Below are positions 40,662 to 58,021 of a DNA stretch of 64,000 nucleotides, one piece after another. Source of the DNA: Eledone cirrhosa (taxonomy: Eukaryota); the NCBI GenBank assembly GCA_964016885.1, contig OZ024742.1, positions 96,658,001 through 96,722,000 of the forward strand, read 5' to 3'. Position 1 is the first letter of the stretch. Every line of letters begins with the position of its first letter. The notes below the pieces were generated by a model. That model was given only the letters and a program-made list of their open reading frames with translations. It was not told the DNA's origin and did not search any database. The position numbers and the translations under genes were made by a program.

Positions 40662-41558
40662 AAAAAAGATGAAATCGAAAATGCAACTGGAGTCTTTTAA
40701 AAAAAAAAATATATATATTTATTTATATACGGGCGCGAAATTTAATGTACTTGTTCATGTGACAGTCATAATTTCATTTATAACAAATCAAATTATATTT
40801 ATTAAAAAAAACCCTTCGTGAGCCACCTTTTTTTAAGTAAAAAGAAATTCAAACACAAACTGGCGCGAAAGCTGATGTGCTTATTCACGTGACTCCATCA
40901 AACAACCTAACTTCAGTCATATATGAAAAAGAACCTGAGCGCCCCCCCCCCCCCCCGCCCTGTGTTTGAAGAACTTTGTAACGCCAACTGGCGCGAAATT
41001 TATGATACATATTAACCAACCAATCAAATTACTTCTCTAAAAACCTGGCCTTTCGAGCCACTTTTTTCCATATAAATAGATGCCATTGTTAATTAATAAA
41101 TAAATTAACTAATACCTTAACACTTCACACAAAGTAAAATATTTTGTTTTCACATATTCTAACCCAGAAAAAAGAGTAAAAAGAAAAAAGAAATATTTTC
41201 CTTCCTAATAATCGTCTTTTTCTCCCTATTTTCATATATATATATATATAAAAGGAGTGATTCACGTGTTGAGTGATATATATTAGAAAATAAGGAAAAC
41301 TAGAAAATGCTAATGGGATTTTCTTATAGAATAACAGTAATATATATATATAAATATATTTGTTTTGCAAGGGTTTTGATATGAAATCCTGTGTCGAAAC
41401 AAATATTGTCATACTTGGGGAGAGTCATATTGTGATAATATTGCCAGAAATAAATAACAGAACACATTCATTGTTTGGTTGGTTTTCGCTTCTGTATCAG
41501 AGTTAATTTATTTGGCAATCAATGTTTATCATTGATTGACCAGCGGTTAAAAATACAG

Positions 41559-41595
<37 letters not shown>

Positions 41596-41596
<1 letters not shown>

Positions 41597-41643
41597 TCAA
41601 TCAAAGTTCTTTCGTTGCACATCTGCAACATCATCAGTGGTAC
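41596..41643 (-). ncRNA. Hammerhead-like motif in a ~90-bp (TA)n-flanked island
   Basis: gtacca CTGATGA t-gttgca-gatg-tgcaac GAAA gaac TT tgatt; stem I imperfect. Confidence 0.55.
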
Positions 41644-41871
41644 TATAGTATTGTATTTTATGTCTACGCCATTTTTATTTTTATTTATATACATATGTAT
41701 ATATATATACATATGAATATATGTATATATATATATATATATATACATATGAATATATGTATATATATATATATATATATATGAACATATGTATATATAT
41801 ATATATATATATATGAACATATGTATATATATATATATATATGAACATATGTATATATATATATATATATG

Positions 41872-41957
<86 letters not shown>

Positions 41958-41993
41958 CATATTTATATATATATATATATATATATATGAACA

Positions 41994-42029
<36 letters not shown>

Positions 42030-42031
<2 letters not shown>

Positions 42032-42445
42032 GTAGGAGGTGAGTTTTATTGTAGTACAATAAAGCAATGCAGATATCGGATAAGAAGCACTCTACAGTTT
42101 GTGGGACTGGAGTATGCATAATATAAGATCAAAAGATGGTTAAAGGAGTTCCATATATTTTATTATGCGCATTTCAAAAACAAACATCATCAAGCAATAA
42201 TATTTGTGTTTTCATCAGATAAAACAGGAGAACATGATATGAAGGCTAAAAAACACTTGTGGATAGTGCAGTTTTAAATCAACATATGTTGATTTAAAAC
42301 TGCACTATCCACAAGTGTTTTTTAGCCTTCATATCATGTTCTCCTGTTTTATCTGATAAAAACACAAATATTATTGCTTGATGATGTTTGTTTTTGAAAT
42401 GCGCATAATAAAATATATGGAACTCCTTTAACCATCTTTTGATCT

Positions 42446-42453
<8 letters not shown>
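42030..42453 (-). mobile_element. Family D element: 168-bp-arm palindrome centred at 42285/42286
   Basis: Arms 42118-42285 / 42286-42453; (TA)n on both sides. Confidence 0.9.
42158..42224 (-). ncRNA. Type I hammerhead (family D)
   Basis: ttttat CTGATGA aaaca...tgttttt GAAA tgcgca TA ataaaa; the mirror copy at 42347-42413 has CTGATAA. Confidence 0.85.
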
Positions 42454-42483
<30 letters not shown>

Positions 42484-42490
42484 ATATTTA

Positions 42491-42523
<33 letters not shown>

Positions 42524-42527
<4 letters not shown>

Positions 42528-43080
42528 GGAAAAAATGAAACGAAATTTCATTTCCCAATCTTAGTACGGCTGTTACTTAAATATAAGTATGTATGCGTAC
42601 ATACATATATGTATACAGACGTACAGTAGTATGTATACATATATATACATACATGCACACATATATATATGTACGTATGGATGACGTGTGCTTGTATGTA
42701 TATATATAAACATACTACTGTACGTCTGTATACATATATGTAAGTAAGTATACGTACTTATATTTAAGTAACAGCCGTACTAAGAGTGGGAAATGAAATT
42801 TCGTTTCATTTTTTCCGTTTATCGTTTTCGGTGCACCCGGCCGATTAACCCACTCGCTAGGCAAATTGGGCTACTCAGCCGTTAATATGCATAAGGAAAG
42901 TATATACTTTTGGACGTTCAATCATCTGGCAGGAAGGTATACGTTGCTGACGATAGCTAATGAAGTTGAAACTAGTACAGCGTTCCTTTGTCAGTGTTGA
43001 ACAAACGAGCAACGGTGGTTGCTGGACACTACGGCTTAATACGGGATGTTTGTTTACACATATGTATGTAAGTATACGTA

Positions 43081-43085
<5 letters not shown>
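42524..43085 (+). mobile_element. Family B element with an inverted arm
   Basis: 42524-42635 is inverted relative to 42711-42821; homologous to 43840-44808. Confidence 0.85.
42942..42982 (+). ncRNA. Type I hammerhead (family B)
   Basis: cgttg CTGACGA t-agct-aatga-agtt GAAA ctag TA cagcg. Confidence 0.82.
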
Positions 43086-43136
<51 letters not shown>

Positions 43137-43137
<1 letters not shown>

Positions 43138-43500
43138 TTAACTTCGACGGGATTTGAAATCCGAATGGCAAGGGCCGTAACTCTATGTTGCAAAGCATGG
43201 CGTCGGACCCGCGACTGATACTGCCAATCTACTGCCCTAGGGTGTATATTAATAATAAAACATAGATTACATATATTTAAACGAGTTCACAGTCAGACAA
43301 AAGCAAGAAACAAACAAAGGAGGACAGAGAGAGAAAGAAATAGATAAACGATAATGTGAACTCTTTTAAATGTAAAATATGTTTTATTATTACTTATACG
43401 AGGTTAACTTTGCCTTTCATCCTTCCGGGGTCGATAGAATAAAGTACCAGTAATGCATTGGGTAATTGCTGGCCTTGTGCCAAAAGTAGAAACAATTATT
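43137..43500. mobile_element. Two partial SINE family 1 copies (43137-43236 minus; 43399-43500 plus)
   Basis: The second has TSD attattacttatac at 43386 and 43495. Confidence 0.85.
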
Positions 43501-43682
43501 ACTTATACCCTTTCATTTTACCATACACTTTTTAATCCTATTTCCTGAAGCATGAAGAAGCCTAAACAACCTTTGGCTGAAACCAGTACGATTAATTGCC
43601 TTTTTTTTAAAATAAATATTTTGCTGTTATTCTATGAGAAAATTCCATTACCATTTTCTACTTTTTTTTCTTATTCTCCTAA

Positions 43683-44808
<1,126 letters not shown>

Positions 44809-44908
44809 TATATATATACATATATATATATATATGTGTGGGTGTGTGTATGTGGGTGTATATTTGTGCAGTAGGATTATATATATGTTTGTCTGTAGTA
44901 GTTATATA

Positions 44909-45108
44909 CGAGGCTCGGTTGAAAGGTTCATAGGCTGGCTATGAAGGAATAATGAGTCCTGTGAAATATTGCATGCATTAATTTCCACTCTTCATTTTAT
45001 AACTATGATTTTGTTTTGTTTTTTCAGACACTATGTTGAAAGGTAAACCTCATCCATTCATTCCATGAAAGTATGTTTGTCAGCCTGTGAGCTTTTGAGC
45101 CGAGCCTC

Positions 45109-45109
<1 letters not shown>
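44909..45109. mobile_element. Mariner-like MITE
   Basis: ~29-bp imperfect TIRs cgaggctcggttgaaaggttcataggctg / cagcctgtgagcttttgagccgagcctcg; TA on both sides. Confidence 0.8.
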
Positions 45110-45174
<65 letters not shown>

Positions 45175-45547
45175 ATAGACCGAGAAACAGGAATGTCCTA
45201 TCATCAGTAGTCTGCTGAATATCATTGGTATTTCTTAGCATAACAGACTAGATACCTAAAATCAGTGTGAGCGATAACTAAATAAAGTTATCGGGACAGA
45301 GCGAATTGGAAGGGGAAAGTGAACAAACAACATGGTAGTAATGCAACATAGAGAGAGGAAAAGAGAGACAAGTCAATGAATCTTGTGGGCTTAAGTCCGA
45401 ACGAATCAAATGATGAGAAGAGGCAGACACGTCCGAGCCACGCCAAAAGTGAGAGAGAAAAGCATTTCACAAGGTCAGACGAGAGGAACAAACTTTGGCA
45501 TTGGCAGCTGGAACAATCGTCGAACTGTGGTGCTTATATATATATAT

Positions 45548-45548
<1 letters not shown>

Positions 45549-45578
<30 letters not shown>

Positions 45579-45900
45579 ATTTTACGTCCGCTTTTTCCTG
45601 CTTGCAAGGGTAGGATGGACATTGATTCTGGCTTGATTTCTACAGCTGGATGCCCTTCCTAACACCAACCTCATTTACAGTGAGTGATGGGTGCTTTTTT
45701 GCCGTCGCACCTCCACGACCACTTTGCAGTGGAATGATAGGGACCCCAGTCCCTATCATCTCATTTCTACAGCTGAGTAAACTGGAGCAATGTGAAATAA
45801 AGTATCTTGCTCAAGGAAACAACACATCACCCGGTCTGAGAATTGAACTCACAACTTTTCGATTGCAAGGCCAATACTCTAACCACTAAGCGATATGCCT

Positions 45901-45902
<2 letters not shown>
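45549..45902 (-). mobile_element. tRNA-derived SINE family 2 with an RTE-derived tail
   Basis: tRNA-like head (cttagtggttag...gagttcaattc), ccttgagcaagatactt core, aggaagggcatccagctgt block, tail matching 24992-25040, (GAT)n. Confidence 0.85.
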
Positions 45903-45971
<69 letters not shown>

Positions 45972-46679
45972 AAGTGGAGGTTCATATGTGTCTGTGGAGG
46001 TTGTGGGGGTCGTATAGTTATGTATGGCAAGTGTTTGATTGTGCATGTGTCAGGGGGTTGTGTAGATGTAGTAGAGTTATATATTTATATGTTTGTACGT
46101 GTGTGTCTAGTTTTCTATTAGTATCACACGGTTAGATCTCTCAATAGTGCTTGCTGAACCTTCCTCATGTGATGGCATGTTTGCAGGTATGTGTGTGAGG
46201 GTAGTTTCTGGATGTCTGTGGATGCGAATATGTATTTCTGTTCACGTATAAATACATGTTCATGTACGTGTTCGTTTGTGTGTTTTAGATACATTTCTTA
46301 TGGTTACATGAGGTAGATTTCATTATCTCTTGAACGAAAATATCTCTCGGGAAATATTTTAACTTCTGATGTGAAAGAGAAGAGAGTAAGATGATGTTGA
46401 TTTGTAAATAAAATGATTTGTTTATATTATAAGAAATTAATTGGGTTTATTTTTCAACATCTTCCCTGGAAAGAAAGAAATGGAGTTATTAATAAGAAGA
46501 GCTGAAATTAATGCATGCAAGATTTCATAGCTTTAGCATATTTCCTTTAACACATTTGTCATTATATTTCTAATAAAAGACATCGCCTATGATGTTCAAA
46601 TAAATTTGAAAACAACAAAAGAATACAATCGCAAATACAAGCGGCAGAAATGGTGTTCTTCCGATGGGTTTTTGAAGTA

Positions 46680-46942
46680 ATGTTACACGATAGAGTGCAT
46701 AGCTTAGAGATCAGAAAGTCACTCCAGGTAGAACCACTACTTCTCTGAATTGAATCGCTAGAGGAATTTCACAGGCAATACCAACTGGCAGGAGACCCAA
46801 CGGTAGACTCAGAGCCAGATGGTTAAATAGCATCCATGAACTTGGCAGATCTTGCTTGGAGATCTAGCCGGGTTAATTGGAAATGGTTGCTTCTGACAGG
46901 AGTGTCTGAGAACTCTTCTCCCACGACCCTCTCAAGAAGAAG

Positions 46943-46970
<28 letters not shown>
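46680..46970 (+). mobile_element. RTE 3' fragment with (AGA)n tail
   Basis: EPLLL..., GRLRARWLN; similar to 30025-30090. Confidence 0.6.
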
Positions 46971-46973
<3 letters not shown>

Positions 46974-47442
46974 TTTCTAGTTGATTGAACGACTATGCAG
47001 AGGCTCCATGCAAAGATATACGAGTTAGTCGGTGAATTACTGATGAAATATGTGACAGCTCTGAACAGGTAAATTGTCAATATTTCATGGCAGAAAGTTA
47101 ATGATCCACATTGTGAAATATAAAAAAAATTAAACATGTATATGTTTATGTATATGGTTCTGTGAAATGACTCTGCTTAATGTGTTTGTGAAATTTCAAA
47201 GTGTGTTTTAGAAAATTACAAATATATACACTAAATATATACCTTAAATATACATACATTGTTACATCTGTTCTGGCTAATGATACGTTTTACAGATTCA
47301 GCTGCAGATAAGGTTTGCACATTCTTATTAACATAAAGTAGCAATTGACAAGCATTAGGCAAGTTTGGGTATGTAGATGATATATATATACATACATATA
47401 TATGCACACACATATAGATATATATGTGTGTGCAGTTATGAA

Positions 47443-47499
<57 letters not shown>

Positions 47500-47500
<1 letters not shown>

Positions 47501-47806
47501 AGTAGAGTAGTATGTTATTTAAATCAATTTAATTTGTCAGTTAGAACATGTAAACCACTGCAATCAGCAGAATCATAAGTTTGCTATGGCAGAGAACATG
47601 GTGATACTGAGATACTGACAAATTAAATTGATTTAAATGACATATATTGCATTGTATTTTATCGACCTCTGCCTTCTATTGTACTTTCAATGCATTTATG
47701 CACTCTTGCATTTGGAAAACACTTATCTGTTTCCTATCATATAATTTTACATACCTCGTGCCAACATTATATTTAGAAGTACACACACACACATACACAC
47801 ACACAT

Positions 47807-47879
<73 letters not shown>

Positions 47880-48215
47880 CGTGTGTGTATGTATATATAT
47901 GTATGTATTAGTGTCTATGTATGATCAAACTGGTGCAGAGTCCTGTTTTCAATATACCATATTTGAAAGAAAATCAACTTACACACACACATATATATAT
48001 ATATATGTGTGTGCGTGTGTGTGCATGCTTGGTGGCTATGTGTGTGCATGTATATGTTGCTTTTCATTCAAATATAGTATATTGAAAACACGGCTATGCG
48101 CCATTTTGATCATTTTCATAACGGAATTTTCACCCTTTTAGATGCTTCAGCTTATCTTGGAACACTAGTGTTCCTAAACCCATGTATGTATCAATGTTTC
48201 ATCTTCAGAATGATA
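47500..48215. repeat. Two old (TA)n-associated inverted-arm structures
   Basis: 30-bp inverted repeat ~47513-47542 / 47614-47643; ~58-bp imperfect inverted repeat 47921-47978 / 48056-48113. Confidence 0.65.
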
Positions 48216-48312
48216 ATGCTAGTGGCATATTAGTTACTTGCTTAGCAGTGGACATAAGGTATCATAGGAACGGTAGAAAATCATGGACACCTGATTTACA
48301 ATCCATTATTCC

Positions 48313-48488
48313 AATTGGCAGTATTGGTAGAGAGTCAGACGCCATGCTTTGACGCATAGAGTTACGGCTCTTAGTTCGAATCCCGCCGAGGTTAACTTTG
48401 CCTTTAACCCTTACGGGATCGATAAAAAAAAGTACCAGTAATGCACTGTGTAATTACTGGCCTTGTGCTAAAAGGAGAAACAATTATT
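48313..48488 (+). mobile_element. SINE family 1
   Basis: TSD attattcca at 48305 and 48483; B-box gttcgaatc. Confidence 0.88.
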
Positions 48489-50075
48489 CCAGCATCAATA
48501 CAAAGCTAGTCCGAATACCACCCCAAATTTAGGAAATAGGATTTAAACTTCTTGCTGTTTTACATCTTCCCTTATTTTATATTTCCCATTTCTTTTTCGT
48601 TTTATGCATAATCTGCCTATCATTGGCCTTCAATATTTGAACTTTTAAATTTTTACTTTATTTTATTATTCTTCCCTTTTAAAAATGCTTTTATTACTTT
48701 TCTCATTAGCTCTTTTCGATTACCAACTGTAAGGAGTACTCGATACCTCCCCTAGTCTGTCATGGCTTACTAGCTGTATACGGACTTTTAAATTGAATAA
48801 ACAAATAAATAAAATTATAGAATTTCGATTGACAAAAAAAACACACAAACAGAGGCCATTACATGTATTCCTATAGCGCATGGTTTTACAGTTAATAAAT
48901 ATCTGTAGTTCAAAAAACTCATTAGACGCCCTATTACATTTTCATCCACTAAGAAGGATTAACATTAAGAAACTCTGTGTGAGATATAAACATTAGCTAA
49001 CAAAGGGTATCCCAACACATTTGCAAACCATAACAAATGTATCCCCACTGATAAACACTAGCATCGAGAAACCTTACAAAAACAACACAGCGTAGAAGTC
49101 ATGCACACATGTCAAATTCACCGCTCTCTCACCCACCTCGCTAGAAAACCTGGCTAACCCAGTTAGCCTCCTAAATCTCGCCCTGAAAACGGGTACATGC
49201 TCTGCCATCGATTTCACTCTTCCTATTTTGTCAAAAACAATGAACACGTCTGTCAGTTATGTCATGATTTTCTCTGTCTTTAGTTAGTCAATCTCTTCCA
49301 TTACTAAGAAAAGGGCTAGCATGTTCTCCTCTAAGTATTGACCCGAAACCCGCGATATCGATAACCCCTTGCATAATTGTTTACTATTGTGTCGTCAAGT
49401 ATAACATTTGTAGAAATTTGTAGAAGAAAACAAATGTCTACAAATTTCAAACTTGATGATCCAATATTTTAATTTTCTTTTTCCACTCGACCATATCTTG
49501 CTCGTAACAGAACTATCTGAGGACATCACTGTTGACTTATATTTTCACTAACATACCGAGAAAAATATTTACCAAAACACGAGACGGATATTAGTTTCGC
49601 ACAAGACTCTGGAAAATGCAACCTATCTTTTTGACGAATCCCCAAGAAAGAGGACTTAGTTTGATCTCTTCCTCTAAACGTGTCGTGACGTACTACCACA
49701 CAGGATGTTAACTAAAAATTGTCACTCTTACGGCTTACGTAAAAGTAATTTAAAATGCCGCCAAGCATTGAGAAATTTAAAATCATACATCAATTATTTC
49801 ATACAACTCCCATTATATATCATAACCAATAGTATGTCACTAATATGGCCATCCTGATTCTAAATATGGAACCGGGAAGGCTTCGAAGCATTGATTCACA
49901 CGTGGATTTAGCAACGTTACTATCACAAACTAAGCATAAAGAACTAATAAGGATATAGTAAAATCAATAAACCAGTGCACAGTCGCGTTTTCAGTATATC
50001 ATACACCATAAAACACACACACACACCATATAGCGCACACTTCTCCATATTATATATACTGTGTTTATATATATA

Positions 50076-50951
50076 CTAGCAATAGTACCCCGCGTTGCAC
50101 GGGATAAGGTATTTTGGAACGCGGGCCGCCAACAGACCTAATTGTGGAAAAACTGCATGCCTGGACAATATGTAAAGAAAATAAACCGATTACTCTGATG
50201 GCTGGATAATCTTTAAGATTTTTCTCGATGAAGCGTGAAAAATGCAGGTTTTCAGCTAATGCGGGCCCTAGGGGATCAAGAAAATGAATTTTTTGTATGT
50301 GCACAATATGCTTTGAAATTTCGGGAAAAATTGGCTAGACGTAACGCCTCCAAAAAGCCCTCAACAGCTGAAAAAATGAAGTTTTTCACCTAATGCGGGC
50401 CCTAGGCCATGAAAAAGTTGGATTTCCTTTGTTCACGGTATGAAGAAAAGACTGGCTAATACATAGTTACAATTTCAAGGAAATCGGTTTGACGTAACGC
50501 CTCAAAAAAACATGAAAAGCTTAAAAAACGCAGTTTTTCACCTAATGCATATCACTCCCTGAAACAGAAGTAATATACATGTAAAGTTTGAAAAGAATCG
50601 GTTGGGTACTTCTCGAGTTTTAGGGATTCAAACTCACAGACACACACACACACACATACAGACATCCTCAGGGAAGTTACGTAATGTAGACAGCCAGACA
50701 TACAGACAGATATTATAAGGGCGCGATGTTATGTGTTTGTATCTATCTAAAAAGAGAAAGATTAAGAATTATAGAGAGAGATCGTTAAATCGCCTAATGC
50801 GGTCCCTAGGTCATTGAACATTTGAATTTGTTTTTGCCCAGAACACTCCGTGAAACCTAAGTATTACATATGTAAAGTTTGAAAACAGTCGGTTGGGTGG
50901 TTCTCGAGTTTTAGAGATTCCAACTCACAGACACACAGACAGACATCCTCA

Positions 50952-50960
<9 letters not shown>
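50076..50960 (-). mobile_element. Non-autonomous Helitron-like element
   Basis: Minus-strand 3' hairpin cccgtgcaacgcggg about 10 nt before CTAG; internal cctaatgcgggccctagg repeats; duplicated end segment. Confidence 0.75.
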
Positions 50961-50991
<31 letters not shown>

Positions 50992-51065
50992 AAATTTAGT
51001 ACAGCATCAACGAAGCCATGGTTGCAGCCAAGCTAACGAATGCAGTTTCGGTATATATATATATA

Positions 51066-51777
51066 TATTGAGTGCTTTGCTAACTCATTCCTATTGTAAG
51101 TCGACTTTGCTTGCCCACAGTCAAAGCCTCGATTTTACTAAGCTTCCATTTGTATTATTTTCTCTTAGATTTAATAATTAATTAATTAATTTAATTAGAC
51201 AATTCTGTTGATTGGTTAATTATTTGTGTGTGTTTAATAACATCTGGTTGAGAGCTTTTATTCGGAATGTTTGAACGGAAATTATAATATTTCCTTTGTT
51301 AACACTTTGAATTTACCCGCCAAAAACCGGGGGCTGCTTCCCTTGTTGGAAATAACACGTGACAACGAAGTGTTCTCTGGCTGCCTTCTTAGCGGCCGCA
51401 TTTAGCTTGTCCACTCCGATTTATGGCAGAACGGGATCCCTGTTGATGTAATGAATCCTCTGTTCGATCATGGAATACCACGAGCGTGCTTGTTACGTAA
51501 GTTGGATAAGTGATTTCGAATTTCATAGAAACACTTTAGACGTATATCGTTTGATTTGTCCAGGTGTATCTTTTTAACCTGTTAGTTCTTTCGTTGCTTT
51601 GGTATCGTGCGGTTGGGTTTTGCCTACCGCAATGTTCAATTTGTCAATCTATTTAAACGAATTTTATTACTCTAAGGACCTACCCTTATTGAGTGTTTTG
51701 CTAACTCATTCCTTATTGTAGGTCGACTTTGCTTGCCCACAGCCAAAGCTTCGATTTTACTAAGCTTCCACTTGTAT
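51066..51777 (+). mobile_element. ~620-bp unit with ~90-bp terminal redundancy and a decayed hammerhead start
   Basis: 51066-51155 matches 51687-51777; ccctgttgatgtaatgaat resembles ccctgatgacgtaatgaat of the 57940 ribozyme. Confidence 0.65.
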
Positions 51778-51782
51778 CTATA

Positions 51783-52484
<702 letters not shown>

Positions 52485-52776
52485 AACAAATAACGAAACG
52501 AAATTAAATTTCGTTTCGTTTGTAACTCACTTTTGTATGACTGACGCTTAAACAATTAAGTTAAAAAATGTACATCTACATATGCATACTGAAATACTAG
52601 TATGCATATGAATACACACACGTATACATATGTAGATGTACCAGGTCTTTCACTGGTTACTTTACTGTGAGTAATCCAGCTATTCTGTATGTAAACACAC
52701 AGACAAACCGGTTTTTAGAGTCATACTGGTTTTCGAGGAAACACCTTTCCTCTATTCTCCAGAAAGCCAGACAAGG

Positions 52777-52821
52777 AATATTGAACTAGTTTCGTTGTTG
52801 TTACAACTCATCAGCAATATT
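52777..52821 (-). ncRNA. Type I hammerhead
   Basis: aatattg CTGATGA gttgt-aaca-acaac GAAA ctag TT caatatt; outer stem ttctccagaaag/ctttctggagaa. Confidence 0.9.
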
Positions 52822-53244
52822 TACCTATCTACCGGCCTTTCTGGAGAATCGTAAAAGCACATATCGTTATATGCTTTTTCTATGAAAATTAGTAGTGGGC
52901 AGACTAATTTGCATAGAGTGTGAGTACGTACCGGTTCAACGGAGACGATAAAAACAAATAACGAAACGAAATTAAATTTCGTTTCGTTTGTAACTCACTT
53001 TTGTATGACTGACGCTTAAACAATTAAGTTAAAAAATGTACATCTACATATGCATACTGAAATACTAGTATGCATATGCATACACACACGTATACATATG
53101 TAGATGTACCAAGTCTTTCACTGGTTACTTTACTGTGAGTAATCCAGCTATTCTGTATGTAAACACACAGACAAACCGGTTTTTAGAGTCATACTGGTTT
53201 TCGAGGAAACACCTTTCCTCTATTCTCCAGAAAGCCAGACAAGG

Positions 53245-53289
53245 AATATTGAACTAGTTTCGTTGTTGTTACAACTCATCAGCAATATT
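53245..53289 (-). ncRNA. Type I hammerhead (unit 2)
   Basis: Identical to 52777-52821. Confidence 0.9.
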
Positions 53290-53563
53290 TACCTATCTAC
53301 CGGCCTTTCTGGAGAATCGTAAAAGCACATATCGTTATATGCTTTTTCTATGAAAATTAGTAGTGGGCAGACTAATTTGCATAGAGTGTGAGTACGTACC
53401 GGTTCAACGGAGACGATAAAAACAAATAACGAAACGAAATTAAATTTCGTTTCGTTTGTAACTCACTTTTGTATGACTGACGCTTAAACAATTAAGTTAA
53501 AAAATGTACATCTACATATGCATACTGAAATACTAGTATGCATATGAATACACACACGTATAC

Positions 53564-54896
53564 ATGAAGAAAATGATTGCACATGCGGTAGGGGCCAGCA
53601 TAAAATTAACCCTTAAGGAACATATGTTCAAATTTAATGGTAAAACATATGCCAAAGAGGAAGGAGCAGCCATTGGTGTTAGCATTGCAGGCGACATAGC
53701 TAACTTATTCATGGTATGGTGGGACAGTAGACTTAAACAAAAACTTAAAGAACAATTAGAAGACAGCTTAACCCTGATAATGTACTCCCGCTACGTAGAT
53801 GATATAAACATCGTAGTTAAGACACCCCCACTAAAGAACAGCCAGGAACTAGAAAAAAATACAATGGAAAGCATCCAGCAAATAGCAAACTTCATCCACC
53901 AGAGCATTAGAGTTACTATAGACTACCCAAGTAGACACCCCAACCATCGATTACCTGTACTAGACACAGAGTTCTGGTTAGATACCATTAACAACCAAAA
54001 ACAAATCCTCCATTCCCATTATGCCAAACCCATGACTTCCAAACATCTGATCCACCGAAACTCGGCCATTTCGGACCATACCAAAATCAACATACTGATT
54101 GCGGATTTGGTACGGGTGATGAGAAATGTGTCCCGCATGTGCAACCCCGAAGAACTAGAGAGACACATACAACACTTCATCCACCGTATGCAGTTCTCTG
54201 GCTACAATCAGAGAGATAGAATCAGAGTGTATAAAGGAGCCAGAACCAAATGGGAAAAAATGGTAAATAATGACATAAATGGGACCTGCCCCTTGTATAG
54301 GAGCAAATTTTGGAATAGAATAGAAAGAACTAGGAACAAGGCCAATAGAATAAACTCATGGTATGATAGCAATAAATACCAGAGTCTTATGTTCATCAAT
54401 ACAACCCCTAGAGGCGAACTAGCCTACAAATTTAGAAGGGCCTTAAATAAACATAAACTCAATATTAAGATAGTAGAAAGACCAGGTACCTCCGTAAAAA
54501 CACTTATTAGCAAGACATACCCGTTCCAAAGACCCTCATGTATAGATAAGAAATGTATAACCTGTAACATAAGCCAAAATATTAACTGTAAAACTAGAAA
54601 TGTAGTGTATAGCATAAGATGTACTGAAGGACAATGTAGAAACAAAAATATAGTGTACATAGGTGAGACAGCTCGTAGTATAGGGGGAACGAATAAATGA
54701 ACACTGGCGAGACCTCCAAGATAATAAAGAATCATCTGTGCTCTACCAACATGCTAAGATAGAACACAGGGGTAGATTAGAGAACATAGAAATAAAAATA
54801 GAATCCACACACAGAAAAGATGCAATGTTTAGGCAAATTACAGAGGCAGTAAGCATAAAAGAATTACAACCAAAATTAAATAGAAAATATGAGTGA
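53564..54896 (+). CDS. Penelope-like RT (5'-truncated) + GIY-YIG endonuclease; one frameshift at ~54685
   Basis: GAAIG..IANLFM, YSRYVDD, LPVLD, CxxxxCxxC, NVVY..C...C..YIGETARS; the shifted frame continues ERINEH...HAKIEH...RQITEAVSI...LNRKYE* (TGA 54894-54896). Confidence 0.92.
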
Positions 54897-55131
54897 AACA
54901 GCAACATCACAACTTACAATTAAGGACAAAATGAAAACACACACACGCATAGAACAAACAACCAACCAACAATAAATAAATAAATAAATAAACAAATAGA
55001 TAAATGAACACAAACACACACAGACACCCGGATGTGGCGCATGCGCAAACTGAGCACACAACACACACACAGAAACAAAATGGCGTAGGATAGAAGAAAG
55101 GAAAGGCACAGAAACAAATAAAGGAATCCCC

Positions 55132-55174
55132 AGTCACTGAAGAGGTCACAGTGTGTGACGAAAGGACTATGACT
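55132..55174 (+). ncRNA. Type I hammerhead in the Penelope-like element 3' region
   Basis: agtca CTGAAGA g-gtcaca-gtg-tgtgac GAAA ggac TA tgact. Confidence 0.85.
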
Positions 55175-55388
55175 ATGTATAAACAACTATCTGGTTGTGG
55201 AACCAACCAACCAACCAGAAATTTATAAGTTTGTAAATTTGTAAATTTATAAATATATAATAAATTGAAGTGAAAGCAACTGGTGCGTGTGTTTCTTATT
55301 GGCAACATGACCCTCCCAAAGTATAACAATATCGGTTTCAACACACGATTTCAGATAAAGAATCTTGCTAAACAAATTCAGAAACGAC

Positions 55389-57880
<2,492 letters not shown>

Positions 57881-57939
57881 GAAAGACGTAAAATAAGAAA
57901 ATTTAAAAAAAAATTAAAAATTAACTTACTAAAATTTTC

Positions 57940-58021
57940 ACTGCAACTAATTAGTTTCTGTAATGGGATAAAGATAGTTACGTAATATAACCATCGAGAA
58001 TTCATTACGTCATCAGGGAGT
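57940..58021 (-). ncRNA. Type I hammerhead with long stem II
   Basis: actcc CTGATGA c-gtaatg...cattac-a GAAA ctaattag TT gcagt; one stem I mismatch. Confidence 0.7.

Larger units (their letters stand above)
53564..55388 (+). mobile_element. Penelope-like retroelement, 5'-truncated, 3' end in (TA)n
   Basis: RT-EN ORF, ~490-bp 3' region containing a hammerhead, then (TA)n. Confidence 0.9.

Noticed and set aside
42118-42453. Long palindromes as assembly or read fold-back artefacts
   Set aside because: Arms differ by substitutions, the geometry recurs across families and ages, and ends follow a TA rule. Not fully excluded without reads.
49100-49900. Slightly CpG-richer stretch resembling a promoter or first exon
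   Set aside because: Only generic motifs; no downstream gene identified.
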